Shown here in pieces: positions 19,275 through 31,201 of a stretch of 64,000 bases of DNA. Made by a program: the position numbers and the translations under genes. The notes under the pieces were generated by a model. The model had not been told where the DNA came from and ran no database searches. It saw nothing but the letters and a program-made list of their open reading frames with translations. The stretch is from an uncultured bacterium (GTDB taxonomy: Bacteria; Zhuqueibacterota; QNDG01; DTFT01): the NCBI GenBank assembly GCA_963736115.1, contig CAVTNR010000014.1, forward strand, positions 192,001 to 256,000, written 5' to 3'. Each line of letters begins with the position of its first letter. Positions within the stretch are counted from its first letter, which is position 1.

Positions 19275-20107
19275 GGTAAGATGCTCCAGGAAGCCGGGCG
19301 CAGAACGCCTTCGAATACGGTGACCGCGGGTCCCGACAGCACGACGGTTTCCCATCGGGGATCGAAATCAACGGTCAGAAGGCCGCCCCGGGTGCGCACG
19401 GAAACGGGCGGAGCGGCTTTTCCGACCGCGGACGCGATCAGGGCCGCCGCCGTGGAGCCTGTTCCGCAGGAAAGGGTTTCACCTTCGACGCCCCGCTCAA
19501 ATGTGCGGACCCGGACTGCTCCGTCCGCGGTCCAGGCGGCGAAATTCACGTTGGTTCCCCCCGGGAAGGCCGGATGATGACGGTAGAAAGGCGCCTCGGC
19601 CTCGATGTCCAGGGCTTCAAGCGCGGCCTCGTCGTCCAGAAACAGGACGAGATGAGGAACGCCCGTGTTGATGAATCCGGTTTCTCGGAAGCGGGGATCA
19701 CATGCCACTGCGGGAGATCTCGTGAATGCACCGGGTTCGACCATGCGCAGGCGGACGGTTCCGGCCTGGACTTCCATTTCATGGTTTCCGTCCGAAGCCT
19801 CAAGGATGAAGCGCCGCTCCTCCGTGAAGCCCTTTTCATAGGCGAATCGGGCCGCGCAACGGGCGCCGTTCGCGCAGAAGGCGGCCGCACCGCCGTCCGC
19901 GTTGAAATACCGCATCCGGACCGGAGCCGAGGCTCCCCGGTCCGCGAGAATGACGCCGTCCGCGCCGACCGAATGCCCCCTGCGGCAGACAGCGGAAAAG
20001 AATGCGGATTCATCACCCGTGAATCGACCGTCCCGGTTGTCAAAAACGACGAAATCGTTTCCCGTTCCGGACATTTTCGTAAATGGAATGAGATCCGTCT
20101 CTTTCAT
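19271..20107 (-). CDS. dapF: Diaminopimelate epimerase
   Basis: FTKMSGTGNDF, GADG, FCANGARC, NTGVPH, ERGVEGETLSCGTG. Confidence 0.95.
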   Translation of the reverse strand: MKETDLIPFTKMSGTGNDFVVFDNRDGRFTGDESAFFSAVCRRGHSVGADGVILADRGASAPVRMRYFNADGGAAAFCANGARCAARFAYEKGFTEERRFILEASDGNHEMEVQAGTVRLRMVEPGAFTRSPAVACDPRFRETGFINTGVPHLVLFLDDEAALEALDIEAEAPFYRHHPAFPGGTNVNFAAWTADGAVRVRTFERGVEGETLSCGTGSTAAALIASAVGKAAPPVSVRTRGGLLTVDFDPRWETVVLSGPAVTVFEGVLRPASWSILP

Positions 20108-20796
20108 GCCGCATCATCCTGCCGGCCGCGGTCGCGGCCGGACATGAACTTCCGCAGAACGTCCGGCGTTGCTTCCCGCTTCAGCGCTCCATAGAAACGG
20201 GTGAGCGGGAACCCCACCACATTGTAGTAGCAGCCTTCGATCCGGTCGACAAATAGCCCGCTCCGGTCCTGAATTCCATATGCGCCGGCCTTGTCCATGG
20301 GCGAGCCTGAGGTCACGTAATCATCGATCTCCCATTTCTCCAGGGACCGGAACGTCACGGCGGTGCGTTCGGTGTCCGAACAGCGCCTGCCGGACAGAGC
20401 CTGAATCAGCGTAAAACCCGTGAATACGTCGTGGGTTCTGCCGGAGAGCCGACCCAGCATTTCCGCCGCATGGCCTGGGGAAGAGGGTTTCCCCAGTATC
20501 TCCCCATCCAGAACGACAACCGTGTCCGCTCCCACGATCCATCCATCCGGGGCAGCGCGCAACACCGTCTCCGCCTTTCCTGCGGACAGGGCGGAGACGA
20601 GCGTTCGGGGATCGCCGCGTTCCGGCATGTTTTCCTCGAGGCCCGGTTCCATAATGTCAAAGACGAAACCCATACGGCGGAGCAGTTCCGCGCGGCGCGG
20701 CGAACGGGAAGCCAGAATGAGCCGGGGCGCAGGCTCCGACGACCCGGGCCGGCCGTCTGCCGACGGAAACGGAGCGGACGGAGATCGGGTGTTCAT
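20104..20796 (-). CDS. maf: Maf nucleoside triphosphate pyrophosphatase
   Basis: LILASRSPRR, GADTVV, DKAGAYGIQ, NVVGFP. Confidence 0.95.
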   Translation of the reverse strand: MNTRSPSAPFPSADGRPGSSEPAPRLILASRSPRRAELLRRMGFVFDIMEPGLEENMPERGDPRTLVSALSAGKAETVLRAAPDGWIVGADTVVVLDGEILGKPSSPGHAAEMLGRLSGRTHDVFTGFTLIQALSGRRCSDTERTAVTFRSLEKWEIDDYVTSGSPMDKAGAYGIQDRSGLFVDRIEGCYYNVVGFPLTRFYGALKREATPDVLRKFMSGRDRGRQDDAA

Positions 20797-21242
20797 GCGC
20801 CGTCCCGCGAATCCAGGATGACCGTGACCGGCCCGTCATTCACGAGTTCAACGTCCATGCGCGTGCGGAATACGCCCGATGCGACGGAGAGACCGCTCTC
20901 ACGAAGGCGGGCGATCAGCTTTTCGATCAGCGGTTCGGCCTCCTCCGGCCTGGCCGCGGCCGTAAAATCCGGCCTCCGTCCCCGGCTGCAGTCTCCCAGC
21001 AGAGTGAACTGGGATACCACGAGCGCCTCGCCGCCTGTTTCCATCGCGGATCTGTCAAAGCGGCCGGTCTCATTCTCGAAAATCCTCAGTTCGGAGCACT
21101 TTTTCCCCAGCCATTCGGCGTCCCGGTCCGTGTCGCCGCTCTCAACTCCGGCCAGAATCAGGAGGCCGTGTCCGATGGCCCCCGCGGGCCGGCCCTCCGA
21201 AAGAACCGAAGCGCGCCGGACGCGCTGAACGACGGCGCGCAT
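20793..21242 (-). CDS. dtd: D-aminoacyl-tRNA deacylase
   Basis: MRAVVQRV, VSQFTL, NDGPVT. Confidence 0.95.
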   Translation of the reverse strand: MRAVVQRVRRASVLSEGRPAGAIGHGLLILAGVESGDTDRDAEWLGKKCSELRIFENETGRFDRSAMETGGEALVVSQFTLLGDCSRGRRPDFTAAARPEEAEPLIEKLIARLRESGLSVASGVFRTRMDVELVNDGPVTVILDSRDGA

Positions 21243-22099
21243 CAGGGATTTCCGCCGAAGAAAACTGCGGCCAGACCGGCCAGCATATCCGCTTTCATCC
21301 AGACCGCAAGCCTGCCCAGATGGCCGGGCTCGGGCTTTCGCCACATGGAGACAATGAAAACGAATACCACGGCATCCACACCGACGGCCACGATCCAGAG
21401 ATAGGTTTTCGAGAACCAGCCGAGGCGGTAGGGAAGAACCGTGGCCGCGGCCAGGAGAAGAAGAACGACGGTGACGAGGACCAGGGAAGCCCGGATTCCG
21501 AACCGGATGGGAAATGTGTCCGCCCCCTGGGTCCGGTCGCCCTCCATGTCGTCCACATCCTTGAGTATTTCCCGGGCCAGGTTGTACAGGAACGAGAAGA
21601 GACCGACCACAGCCGCGTTCCGTATGCCGCCGACCGCGAGTCCGCCGTAAACCAGGGCGAGGCCGAGCATGAAAGCCACTGTCAGGTTTCCCAGCAAAAC
21701 CGTCTTTTTCAGGGAGCGGCTGTACAGGACAAGCAGGACCGCGGAAACCAGGGCGATTGAAAGGCAGACCGTATTGATGAACGCGGCCACCGCGATGCCG
21801 GCCAGAAATGCGAGGGTTGCGAAAATCCGAGCGTCCCTGCGGGTCAGGAGACCGGAAGGAAGTGGACGGTTCGGCTTGTTGATCCGGTCGATTTCAAGAT
21901 CGTAATAGTCGTTGATCGCATTGGCGCCGGCGCCCAGGAATACGCCGGACATGGCCGCCAGCAGGAGGGGAATCCATTTCAGCTCGGCCCCGGAAACGAG
22001 GCCGCCGACAAGGATTGCTGGAAAAGCGATGGCGAGATTGTTCGGCCTCGCCAGAAGCCAGAAGCCCCGGATCCGGTCCGGCCGGAAGGCGGCGTTCAT
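21242..22099 (-). CDS. UbiA-family prenyltransferase, DGGGP-synthase-like
   Basis: NDYYDLEIDRINKPNRPLPSG and REILKDVDDMEGD motifs; multiple TM helices. Confidence 0.85.
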   Translation of the reverse strand: MNAAFRPDRIRGFWLLARPNNLAIAFPAILVGGLVSGAELKWIPLLLAAMSGVFLGAGANAINDYYDLEIDRINKPNRPLPSGLLTRRDARIFATLAFLAGIAVAAFINTVCLSIALVSAVLLVLYSRSLKKTVLLGNLTVAFMLGLALVYGGLAVGGIRNAAVVGLFSFLYNLAREILKDVDDMEGDRTQGADTFPIRFGIRASLVLVTVVLLLLAAATVLPYRLGWFSKTYLWIVAVGVDAVVFVFIVSMWRKPEPGHLGRLAVWMKADMLAGLAAVFFGGNP

Positions 22100-22749
22100 T
22101 CGGACCGGAATCCCGCGGCCGTGTGTGAGCCGTCACAGAACGGATGGTTCTTTGAAGCGCCGCAGCGGCAGAGTACCGCGCGTTCGCCGCGGAAGCCGGA
22201 GCGGCCGTCGGAATCAGATATTTCCATCGGCCCGGAGAGGATTAAGGGGCCGTCCGGGGTCAGCCGGATGCGGAGAACGCCCTTCACTCCCGGATCGCCG
22301 ATCATGTGTTCCCGGATGCGGCCGCGTTCCTCGAAATCCACGAGATCGTGACGGTTGTCGCAGAAGGGTTTAACCTTCGAAGCGCCGCACCGGCAGAGGC
22401 CGATGCGCGTGTCGCGGAACAAAGGCGTTCCGTTCGCGGCTTCGATCAGGAGATCGCCCCGGGCGTACAGGGGGCCGTTCTGCTCGACCACCAGCCGGTT
22501 TCGTTCCGGGACGGATTCTTCAGGCCCGCCGTCCAGTCTCTTGTAGTGGAGCGCGCCTGTGGGACACCGTTCGATCACTTCCGCGACTTCGTCGGGCGAC
22601 GCCGCGTCCGGGGAAATCCAGGGCTGGCGTCGCGTGTCGAACACGTCCGGCAGCCCGATGAGGCATTCTGCGACGTGGGTACAGCGGTCAATGGTGAACC
22701 GGACAATGATTTGTCCGCCTCGATAGGGGATGATCCGTTCCCGGCGCAT
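22096..22749 (-). CDS. Divergent 4Fe-4S domain plus two CDGSH iron-sulfur domains
   Basis: CTHVAEC..CPTGAL; LCRCGASKVKPFCDNRH; LCRCGASKNHPFCDGSH. Confidence 0.9.
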   Translation of the reverse strand: MRRERIIPYRGGQIIVRFTIDRCTHVAECLIGLPDVFDTRRQPWISPDAASPDEVAEVIERCPTGALHYKRLDGGPEESVPERNRLVVEQNGPLYARGDLLIEAANGTPLFRDTRIGLCRCGASKVKPFCDNRHDLVDFEERGRIREHMIGDPGVKGVLRIRLTPDGPLILSGPMEISDSDGRSGFRGERAVLCRCGASKNHPFCDGSHTAAGFRSE

Positions 22750-22887
22750 GCAGTGCTCCTAATGCTAAGTATTTATAAATTAATACATTTTTTCCTTAAA
22801 ATCAAGGATAGTAAGGGATCAAATAATGATTTCGAATCCGAAGTTTTTACACTATCTTACGGATAGCAGGCCACCTGCAGAAGGAGA

Positions 22888-24432
22888 ATGAACATGAACC
22901 GGACCATCTCTGACCGTTTTAATCCGGCGCTCAAGACCGTCCTATTTCTCATGAGAACCGTGATCGGCTGGCATTTCCTTGTGGAGGGAATTGCGAAGCT
23001 ATATACACCGGGCTGGACTTCATCGGGATACCTGGAAATATCCAGATGGATTCTGAAGGACGGATTTCACTTTATCACCGCGCATCCGGCCGTTCTGCAT
23101 GTTGTGGACTGGATGAACATGCTGGGGCTGACGGCCATCGGTCTCGGCCTGATTCTCGGCGTCTTCGTCCGGACCGCGTCGGTCGCAGGCGCCGTCCTTC
23201 TGGCGCTCTATTACGTGGCGAATCCGCCCCTCCCGGGAATGGATTTCGGCGCTGTGACCGAGGGGAATTACCTGGTGATCGACAAGAATGCGGTCGAATT
23301 CTTCGCGCTCTGTGTTCTGGTCTTTCTGCCGAAGGGCTTCCTGGCCGGGCTGGAGAACCTGGGGTCCTTTTCCCGAAAAGTGCGGAGGGATTCCGCGGAG
23401 AAGCCGTCCGAAAGCTGTTCCCCTCCGGTTCCGGAATCGCAAAGCCGCCGGGAATGGATCCGGAACTGTGCCGGGCTTCCTTTTCTCGGCGCCCTGGGAT
23501 TCGCGGTTGCCGGGAAGAGAGCCTGGGAAAGCTACGAAGAGAGGAACCTCACCGACGCGACGACAAGCGCCACCATCCGGACGTTCAATTTTTCAGGTTT
23601 GAAAGAATTAAAAATGAAGGTCCCCTCCACGCGGATCGGGAATCTCGAAGTGAGCCGGCTGATCCTCGGCGGGAACTTGATCGGAGGTTGGGCGCATTCA
23701 CGGGATCTTATCTACGTCTCCAGCCTCGTTAAGAAATACCACAGCCGCGACAAGGTGTTTGAAACCCTCCTCCTGGCTGAAAAGTGCGGCGTCAACACGC
23801 TTCTCACCAATCCCTCCCTCTGCCATGTGATCGAGGATTACTGGAGGCGGGATATCGGGAAGATCCAGTACATCTCCGATCTCGGATATTCCGAGACAGT
23901 GTCCGGACTTGTCGAGTCCGTGAAGAAATCCGTCGATCGTGGAGCCAGGGCCTGTTATATACACGGCGGGACGGCCGATTTCTTTCAGGCGAAGAAAAGG
24001 ATCGCTGAATTGGGGCAGGTGGTTGAATTTATCCGCCGGACGGGTGTCCCTGCGGGCATCGGCGCCCATTCTCTCGATACCGTCCGGGATTGCGTGCGGG
24101 AAGGTGTCTTTCCCGATTTCTGGATGAAAACCCTGCATCACCACCGTTACTGGTCCGCCCGGATCCGCGAACGAAACGACAGTGTTTTCTGTGAGACGCC
24201 TGAACGCGTGATCGAATTTATGCGGAAACGGCCGGAGCCGTGGATCGCCTTTAAAACTCTGGCCGCGGGGGCCATACCGCCCACGGATGGATTTGAATTC
24301 GCCTTCCGGAACGGGGCGGATCTGATCTGCGCCGGTATGTACGATTTTCAGATCGTCGAAGACGTGAATGCCGCGCAGGCCGCGTTCGCGGCCATACGCA
24401 GGGAGGGGAGGGAGAGGGAGTGGAGGGCTTGA
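22888..24432 (+). CDS. DoxX-like membrane domain fused to an aldo/keto-reductase-like TIM barrel
   Basis: RTVIGWHFLVEGIAK (DoxX); internal SRREWIR motif; IGNLEVSRLILGGN, IGAHS, IAFKTLAAG. Confidence 0.7.
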   Translation: MNMNRTISDRFNPALKTVLFLMRTVIGWHFLVEGIAKLYTPGWTSSGYLEISRWILKDGFHFITAHPAVLHVVDWMNMLGLTAIGLGLILGVFVRTASVAGAVLLALYYVANPPLPGMDFGAVTEGNYLVIDKNAVEFFALCVLVFLPKGFLAGLENLGSFSRKVRRDSAEKPSESCSPPVPESQSRREWIRNCAGLPFLGALGFAVAGKRAWESYEERNLTDATTSATIRTFNFSGLKELKMKVPSTRIGNLEVSRLILGGNLIGGWAHSRDLIYVSSLVKKYHSRDKVFETLLLAEKCGVNTLLTNPSLCHVIEDYWRRDIGKIQYISDLGYSETVSGLVESVKKSVDRGARACYIHGGTADFFQAKKRIAELGQVVEFIRRTGVPAGIGAHSLDTVRDCVREGVFPDFWMKTLHHHRYWSARIRERNDSVFCETPERVIEFMRKRPEPWIAFKTLAAGAIPPTDGFEFAFRNGADLICAGMYDFQIVEDVNAAQAAFAAIRREGREREWRA

Positions 24433-24437
24433 AGCAG

Positions 24438-24599
24438 GTTCCGGGTTCCGAGTTCCGGATTGATGATCGAGGGGTGGTGTCATCCCCACATTCTTCAAGC
24501 GGGGATCCAGGGTGGGGTGGGAGATAACATATCCTTGCGAAAACGGGCATATTCAAACTTGCATCCTGGGATCATGAACTGGAACTCGGAATCCGGAAC
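24438..24599. repeat. Element bounded by ~21-bp inverted GTTCC-heptamer arms, enclosing a REP-like hairpin (24479-24510)
   Basis: gttccgggttccgagttccgg (24438-58) versus ctggaactcggaatccggaac (24579-99); GTCATCCCC..GGGGATCCAG lies inside. Confidence 0.6.
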
Positions 24600-24649
24600 A
24601 CGTAACTCTTTTCTTCTTTGAACTTTGAACTCAAATACGCGGAGTCTTT

Positions 24650-25627
24650 ATGCGTCTTTTTTGGATCCTGTTCCTGACTTTCCTCTTCGCCGCAGGTGCG
24701 GCCCGATCCGTCGAACGGCAGAAAGTGATCCTCGACTGCGACCTGGGCGGGGATATCGACGATGCGTTCGCGGTCGGACTTCTTCTGGCGAGTCCCGAAT
24801 TCGAGATACTTGGGCTGGTCATGGACCACGGCGACACGCCGGGACGCGGCAAGATCGCCTGCCGGCTTCTGCATGAAACAGGAATGGAATCAGTTCCGGT
24901 GATCCTCGGAAGGCCTACGCCCGTGATCGTCGGCGTGGACACCGTTCCGGCGGGGCCTTCGCACCAGTTTTCCTGGGCCGAGGGATTCAACCGGCTCCGG
25001 CCGCGAAAGGGCGACGCGGCGAATTTCATTCTGCGGGCGTTGAACCGATATCCCGGCGAGGTGACCATGTTCACGGTGGGTCCGGTCTGCAACATCGCGG
25101 ACCTGCTCGACCGGGATCCGGGCGCGCTCAGAAAGGCTCGCCGGGTCATCTCGATGTTCGGTTCCTTCTTCGTCGGATATGACGGAGGCCCAACGCCGGA
25201 CGCGGAATGGAACGTGCGCGCGGATGTGCGGTCCGCTCGCCGGCTTCTCGCGTCGGGCGCCGACCTCACTCTGGCCGGGCTGGATGTCACGGTCATGGTT
25301 CAGCTGGGGGAGGCGGACCGGCAGCAGATCTTTCTCCGAAGGTCTCCGCTGACGGACGCGTTTTCGGGCCTGTACAGCCTGTGGCGTTTCGAGACCTGGT
25401 CACGGCCGGATCCGACGCTTTTCGACGTGTCTGCGGTCGGCATGGCGCTCTGGCCGGAGCTCTTCACCACGCGGGAGGCCCGTGTGGAAGTGACGGATAC
25501 GGGACATACGGTGATCGACGAATCCGGTCCACCCAATTGCAGGATCGGCGTCACGGTGGATCACGAAGAATTGAATCGACGGATGAAGTATCGGCTTCTG
25601 CACCAGAATATGGGGCGTCGACCGTAA
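24650..25627 (+). CDS. Secreted nucleoside hydrolase (IU-NH family)
   Basis: Signal peptide; VILDCDLGGDIDDA, GPVCN, AEWNV, LFDV. Confidence 0.85.
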   Translation: MRLFWILFLTFLFAAGAARSVERQKVILDCDLGGDIDDAFAVGLLLASPEFEILGLVMDHGDTPGRGKIACRLLHETGMESVPVILGRPTPVIVGVDTVPAGPSHQFSWAEGFNRLRPRKGDAANFILRALNRYPGEVTMFTVGPVCNIADLLDRDPGALRKARRVISMFGSFFVGYDGGPTPDAEWNVRADVRSARRLLASGADLTLAGLDVTVMVQLGEADRQQIFLRRSPLTDAFSGLYSLWRFETWSRPDPTLFDVSAVGMALWPELFTTREARVEVTDTGHTVIDESGPPNCRIGVTVDHEELNRRMKYRLLHQNMGRRP

Positions 25628-25763
25628 GGGATAGGTTAAATCAGAATTTAGATATCATGCTAGGCTGTAATTTTGCCTATTTTACAACATCGAACAAATC
25701 CATCGGTTTCTCCAGAGCTTTAAATTCCCGAACTCGAAATTCCAGGCCGGCACAGTCGATAAG

Positions 25764-25787
25764 CGCAGCCTGAAGGCTACGGCTGCC
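25764..25787. repeat. Degenerate GTAG-type REP-like hairpin
   Basis: CGCAGCCTGAAGGCTACGGCTGCC between convergent genes. Confidence 0.4.
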
Positions 25788-25815
25788 AACACATATAAAC
25801 ACGCATTCCGGAACC

Positions 25816-27500
<1,685 letters not shown>

Positions 27501-27584
27501 ATTCGAATTCGCTCCTTCGTCTGTGAACGGAATCGGGATGTGAGAGAACCGGCGTCCGGGTTCGAGGCCGGAGCGGGTCGGGCG

Positions 27585-28097
27585 TTATCCGGCGGACGGG
27601 CCGTTGCGTCCGAGTTTGTTGCGGACCTGGAGGATCAGACCGCCGGCGTCGAGGATCTCCATGACCATTGGCGGAAGGGCCGGAAAGCGGAGTTCGACAT
27701 CCCGCGTCCGGATCAAGCCGGCTTCGAAATCCACGGAAAGAACATCCCCGGTTTGAATCCGGTCCGGGGCGTCAGTGCTTTCGACAAGCGGGAGCCCCAG
27801 GTTGATGGCGTTTCGGAAGAAAATTCTCGCGAAGGATTTCGCCACGACGCAGGCCACGCCCGCCTGCTTCAGGCAGGTCGCCGCCTGTTCCCGGGACGAA
27901 CCGCATCCGAAATTGGAGCCGGCCACCAGAATGTCGCCTGGCTGAAGTTTTTCCGGAAATCCGGGATCCACGCCTTCGAGGGCATGACGGGCCATTTCAG
28001 CCGGATCGAGAATCGGAAGGTACCGGCCCGGATAAATGACATCCGTATCCACCTGGTCGCCGAGTTTCCAGACCCGGCCTTCAAAATGCTTGTTCAT
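27585..28097 (-). CDS. leuD: 3-isopropylmalate dehydratase/homoaconitase small subunit
   Basis: [40 protein letters not shown]. Confidence 0.85.
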   Translation of the reverse strand: MNKHFEGRVWKLGDQVDTDVIYPGRYLPILDPAEMARHALEGVDPGFPEKLQPGDILVAGSNFGCGSSREQAATCLKQAGVACVVAKSFARIFFRNAINLGLPLVESTDAPDRIQTGDVLSVDFEAGLIRTRDVELRFPALPPMVMEILDAGGLILQVRNKLGRNGPSAG

Positions 28098-28975
28098 CTG
28101 TTTTTCCCCGGATTGGTTTTCAGAAGGCTCAGTCCGGAACGAAGGACAGCCGTCAAAATCAGGAGCCATCCGAGCACCGGGAGCAGCGGCCGTTGCTGGC
28201 CGGATGCGCCGTATTTCGAGAAATAACGGTAGAAGCCCTGGTGGCTTCTCCAGATTTTGAGAAAGGGCTCCTGGTTCACGCTGGCGCCGCGGATGTGTTC
28301 CACGGAGGCATCGGGGAGAAAGACGATGCGCCATCCGGCCGTCCGAATGCGCCGGCACCAGTCCACGTCATTGAAAAACAGCGGAAATCGTTCGTCCATC
28401 GGCCCGACCGCATCGATTACGCGGCGCCTGAGGAGGAGGCACGTCGCCTCCGGCTGTTCCACATCGGCGGTCCGGTCATGCCGGAAATCGGGCATCTTCC
28501 ATCGGGGCGTGAATCGGGATGGCCACAGCCGCGGCAGTCCGCTCATTTCCAACAGCACGTCCCGTAATACGGGGAAGCGCCGGCAGGATGGAAGGGTGAG
28601 GCCCTCGGCGTCCGTCAGCCGGGGGGCCGTGACGCCGACGCCGGAATGACGTTTCAGGAAACGGATCATCCGTTCCAGGGAACCACGGCCCATCCGGGTG
28701 TCCGGGCCGAGCAGGCATATCCAGTCGCCCTTGCAGGAACGGAGGCCGAGATTGACGGCCGCGGCATAACTCTTCGGTTCGCGGCCCGGAATGACGCGGA
28801 CGCGGCGGCCTTCCAGACCGCGCGTGAAGATCCCGATGCGGGCCCGTGTTTCAACGGACGGACCGTTGTCCACTACGCAGACTTCGATCCCTCCGTCCGC
28901 CGTCCCGGGCAGGGAAGCCAGGCAGGGGCGGATATGACGTTCACTGCGGTAGGTGACGATCAGGACGGATATCAT
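28094..28975 (-). CDS. Glycosyltransferase family 2 (alternative start 29029)
   Basis: [31 protein letters not shown]. Confidence 0.85.
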   Translation of the reverse strand: MISVLIVTYRSERHIRPCLASLPGTADGGIEVCVVDNGPSVETRARIGIFTRGLEGRRVRVIPGREPKSYAAAVNLGLRSCKGDWICLLGPDTRMGRGSLERMIRFLKRHSGVGVTAPRLTDAEGLTLPSCRRFPVLRDVLLEMSGLPRLWPSRFTPRWKMPDFRHDRTADVEQPEATCLLLRRRVIDAVGPMDERFPLFFNDVDWCRRIRTAGWRIVFLPDASVEHIRGASVNQEPFLKIWRSHQGFYRYFSKYGASGQQRPLLPVLGWLLILTAVLRSGLSLLKTNPGKNR

Positions 28976-29047
28976 GGCCGCTGGTTGTCCGGGTCGCGGG
29001 GCAATGGGATCGGGCCGGCAGATGGTCAACGCCAGCCGGCAGGCATT

Positions 29048-30529
29048 TCATTTTCCGGATGATTCCTTCAGTCTCTTTTGCAGGTCCGTGATTTTGTCCT
29101 TGTACCGTGTTTCATTGGGCGATTTTTCTAGAAGGGCTTCATAGACTTCGATCGCCTTTTCGAACTGGCCCTGTGCGGCGTATATCTCGCCGAGGGTGGA
29201 AGTCACGATCTTCAGGTCGGAACGGTCATCCGCCTTCGGGGGCGGCGCGGACTCGGCTGTTCCGGCGGCAGCCGCTGCTTCCAATCGCGGGGGAACAGCC
29301 GGGATCTGCGGAGCCGTGGGCGGCGCGGTCGGGCCGGATTGTTTCTCGGCCTTGAACCAGGGAACGGGCTTGGCGGACTCCGGCGCCGGTGTATTCCGAG
29401 GGGGTTCCGGCGCAGGCGGATTCACAGGCGGTTCCAGTTCAGACGGGCTCAGGAACCCCTCAGGCTCCTTCTTTTCGAACAAGGCAGGCGCCTGCGGTTC
29501 CGCCGGTCGGGGCGGAGTTCCGGCCTCGTCCCCGGATGCCGGCGCCTCGAACTCCAGGATTTCAAGCTCGAGGTCCCGTGATTTTTCGTCGGCCGGGTTT
29601 TCCTCGGTCTTCTCCTCCTCCGGGTTGTCGAACGAGGACAAATCGAACCAGTTCTGGGTGAAATCCACCATTTCTTCGGCGTTTTTAACCGGTTCAGGCA
29701 CTGCCGCGGCCGGTGGACCGTCCAGGGCGGAAGGCACCGGCGTTTCCTCGAGGTCCGGAAGAAGGGATTCGAGTTCGTCGATAGAATCCGTTTCCTCCGC
29801 GGCCGGCTGCAGGGCCGTTTCCTCGGTTCCGGGACCAGTCAGCAAATCCACGGGAGGGGCCGAAAAATCGGGACGGCCGGCTGTCATCGGGACCGGCAGA
29901 TCAATGTCTTCCGGGCTGAATTCCCGTATCTGTTCGGTCCAGTCAGAGTCAGAGTCCGAGTCATCGGAGGGAACCGGGACAATCGATTCCCTTTCCGGGG
30001 TCGGCATGACCGGCTTGACCGGCGGCGCGGCGGGTTCGGCGTCCGGTTCCTCCAGGGAAGGCGGCTCCGGTTCAGGCAGTGCAGTCGGTTCCGGGATGGA
30101 GACGGGCTGGGGTTTCGGACGGTCCGCGGGCACGGAGTACCGTTTCATCAGATCGCGGACTTTATCCTCCATGGGATCGGCGTCGATCACGCTGGCGTAA
30201 TGTTCGGAGGCAGCCGCTTCCCAGCCGGTCTTGACGAGTATGTCGCCGAGCAGTTTCTGCGCGGACAGGTATTGCTGGTCATGCGACAGCACTTTTTTAA
30301 GGGCCGCTTCCGCCTTGTCGTATTCCTTGCGGAGAACGTGGGTTCTGGCCAGCAGGAAGTATCCGGTGGTGTAATAGGGGTGATGTTTCACGCCCTCGGT
30401 GCAGAGAACCAGCGCGTCGTCCGAATTGCCGCGCTTCAGGTACTGATCGGCCAGCCGCGCGAACAGAAGCGATTTCGGGTTGTCCCGCAGACGGGACTCC
30501 AGATAGTCGAACAATTCGTCTTTTTCCAC
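29048..30529 (-). CDS. TPR protein with long acidic/Pro-rich linker and C-terminal TPR
   Basis: NPKSLLFARLAD N-terminal TPRs; VTSTLGEIYAAQGQFEKAIEVY C-terminal motif. Confidence 0.8.
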   Translation of the reverse strand: MEKDELFDYLESRLRDNPKSLLFARLADQYLKRGNSDDALVLCTEGVKHHPYYTTGYFLLARTHVLRKEYDKAEAALKKVLSHDQQYLSAQKLLGDILVKTGWEAAASEHYASVIDADPMEDKVRDLMKRYSVPADRPKPQPVSIPEPTALPEPEPPSLEEPDAEPAAPPVKPVMPTPERESIVPVPSDDSDSDSDWTEQIREFSPEDIDLPVPMTAGRPDFSAPPVDLLTGPGTEETALQPAAEETDSIDELESLLPDLEETPVPSALDGPPAAAVPEPVKNAEEMVDFTQNWFDLSSFDNPEEEKTEENPADEKSRDLELEILEFEAPASGDEAGTPPRPAEPQAPALFEKKEPEGFLSPSELEPPVNPPAPEPPRNTPAPESAKPVPWFKAEKQSGPTAPPTAPQIPAVPPRLEAAAAAGTAESAPPPKADDRSDLKIVTSTLGEIYAAQGQFEKAIEVYEALLEKSPNETRYKDKITDLQKRLKESSGK

Positions 30530-30652
30530 GTCAGAGCTCCGGCCGGTTTCGGTGAATGTTCTTTCCGGCGCGCGTCCTCCGGCAGTTTCAGCGGAGGCGC
30601 ACCGCGGGCGCGATTAAATATAACAAAAAACGGATTTTAATTCAACCGGTTT

Positions 30653-31201
30653 CTACCAGGTCGAAACCATCCGGTTGACGATTTCCGTTTTCAGCTTGTC
30701 CACGGCTTCGTCGATTCCCTCATTGCGGTCTTCCGAATAGTTGCCGAATGCGGTGAACGGGCCCTGCCAGATCACGACGCGCTTCCGCATATCCTCGAAG
30801 ACCGCCTGGACGGACAGCGTAATCCGGAACGTGGACGCCTCTTCATTCTGGTTGTATTGGCCGGCCCTGTCCTCGACGCGGTTCAAGGTGCACCGCAGGA
30901 TGCAGTCGGCGGATGCGGGTTCCGCGATCTTGAGCGTATTGTCACGGGTCACGGCATCGATCACCGCGTCCGTCAGCGTCTGATCGATGCCGAATTCCGG
31001 AGTCCGGTTCTCGAACAGGGGGATGGCGACCGTTTTCAGATGCGGCGGGAGGGATGCCCCGGAAAAACTGTAGGACCCGCAACGGCTCAGCGCGGCCGCA
31101 AGCGCGAGAACCGCCGTGGCCCGGACCGTCCGGGAGAGGGGGGAAACGCGGCGGGAAAGGGCCTTCCGCTCCGGTGTCGCGGCCCGGTCATTCAATTCCA
31201 T
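30653..31201 (-). CDS. lptE: LPS assembly lipoprotein LptE family
   Basis: CGSYSFSGASLPPHLKTVAIPLFENRT; downstream of the sigma54 ATPase. Confidence 0.75.
   Translation of the reverse strand: MELNDRAATPERKALSRRVSPLSRTVRATAVLALAAALSRCGSYSFSGASLPPHLKTVAIPLFENRTPEFGIDQTLTDAVIDAVTRDNTLKIAEPASADCILRCTLNRVEDRAGQYNQNEEASTFRITLSVQAVFEDMRKRVVIWQGPFTAFGNYSEDRNEGIDEAVDKLKTEIVNRMVSTW

Noticed and set aside
29300-30120. Tandem DNA repeat in the Pro/acidic region
   Set aside because: Low-complexity protein linker without a regular DNA unit.
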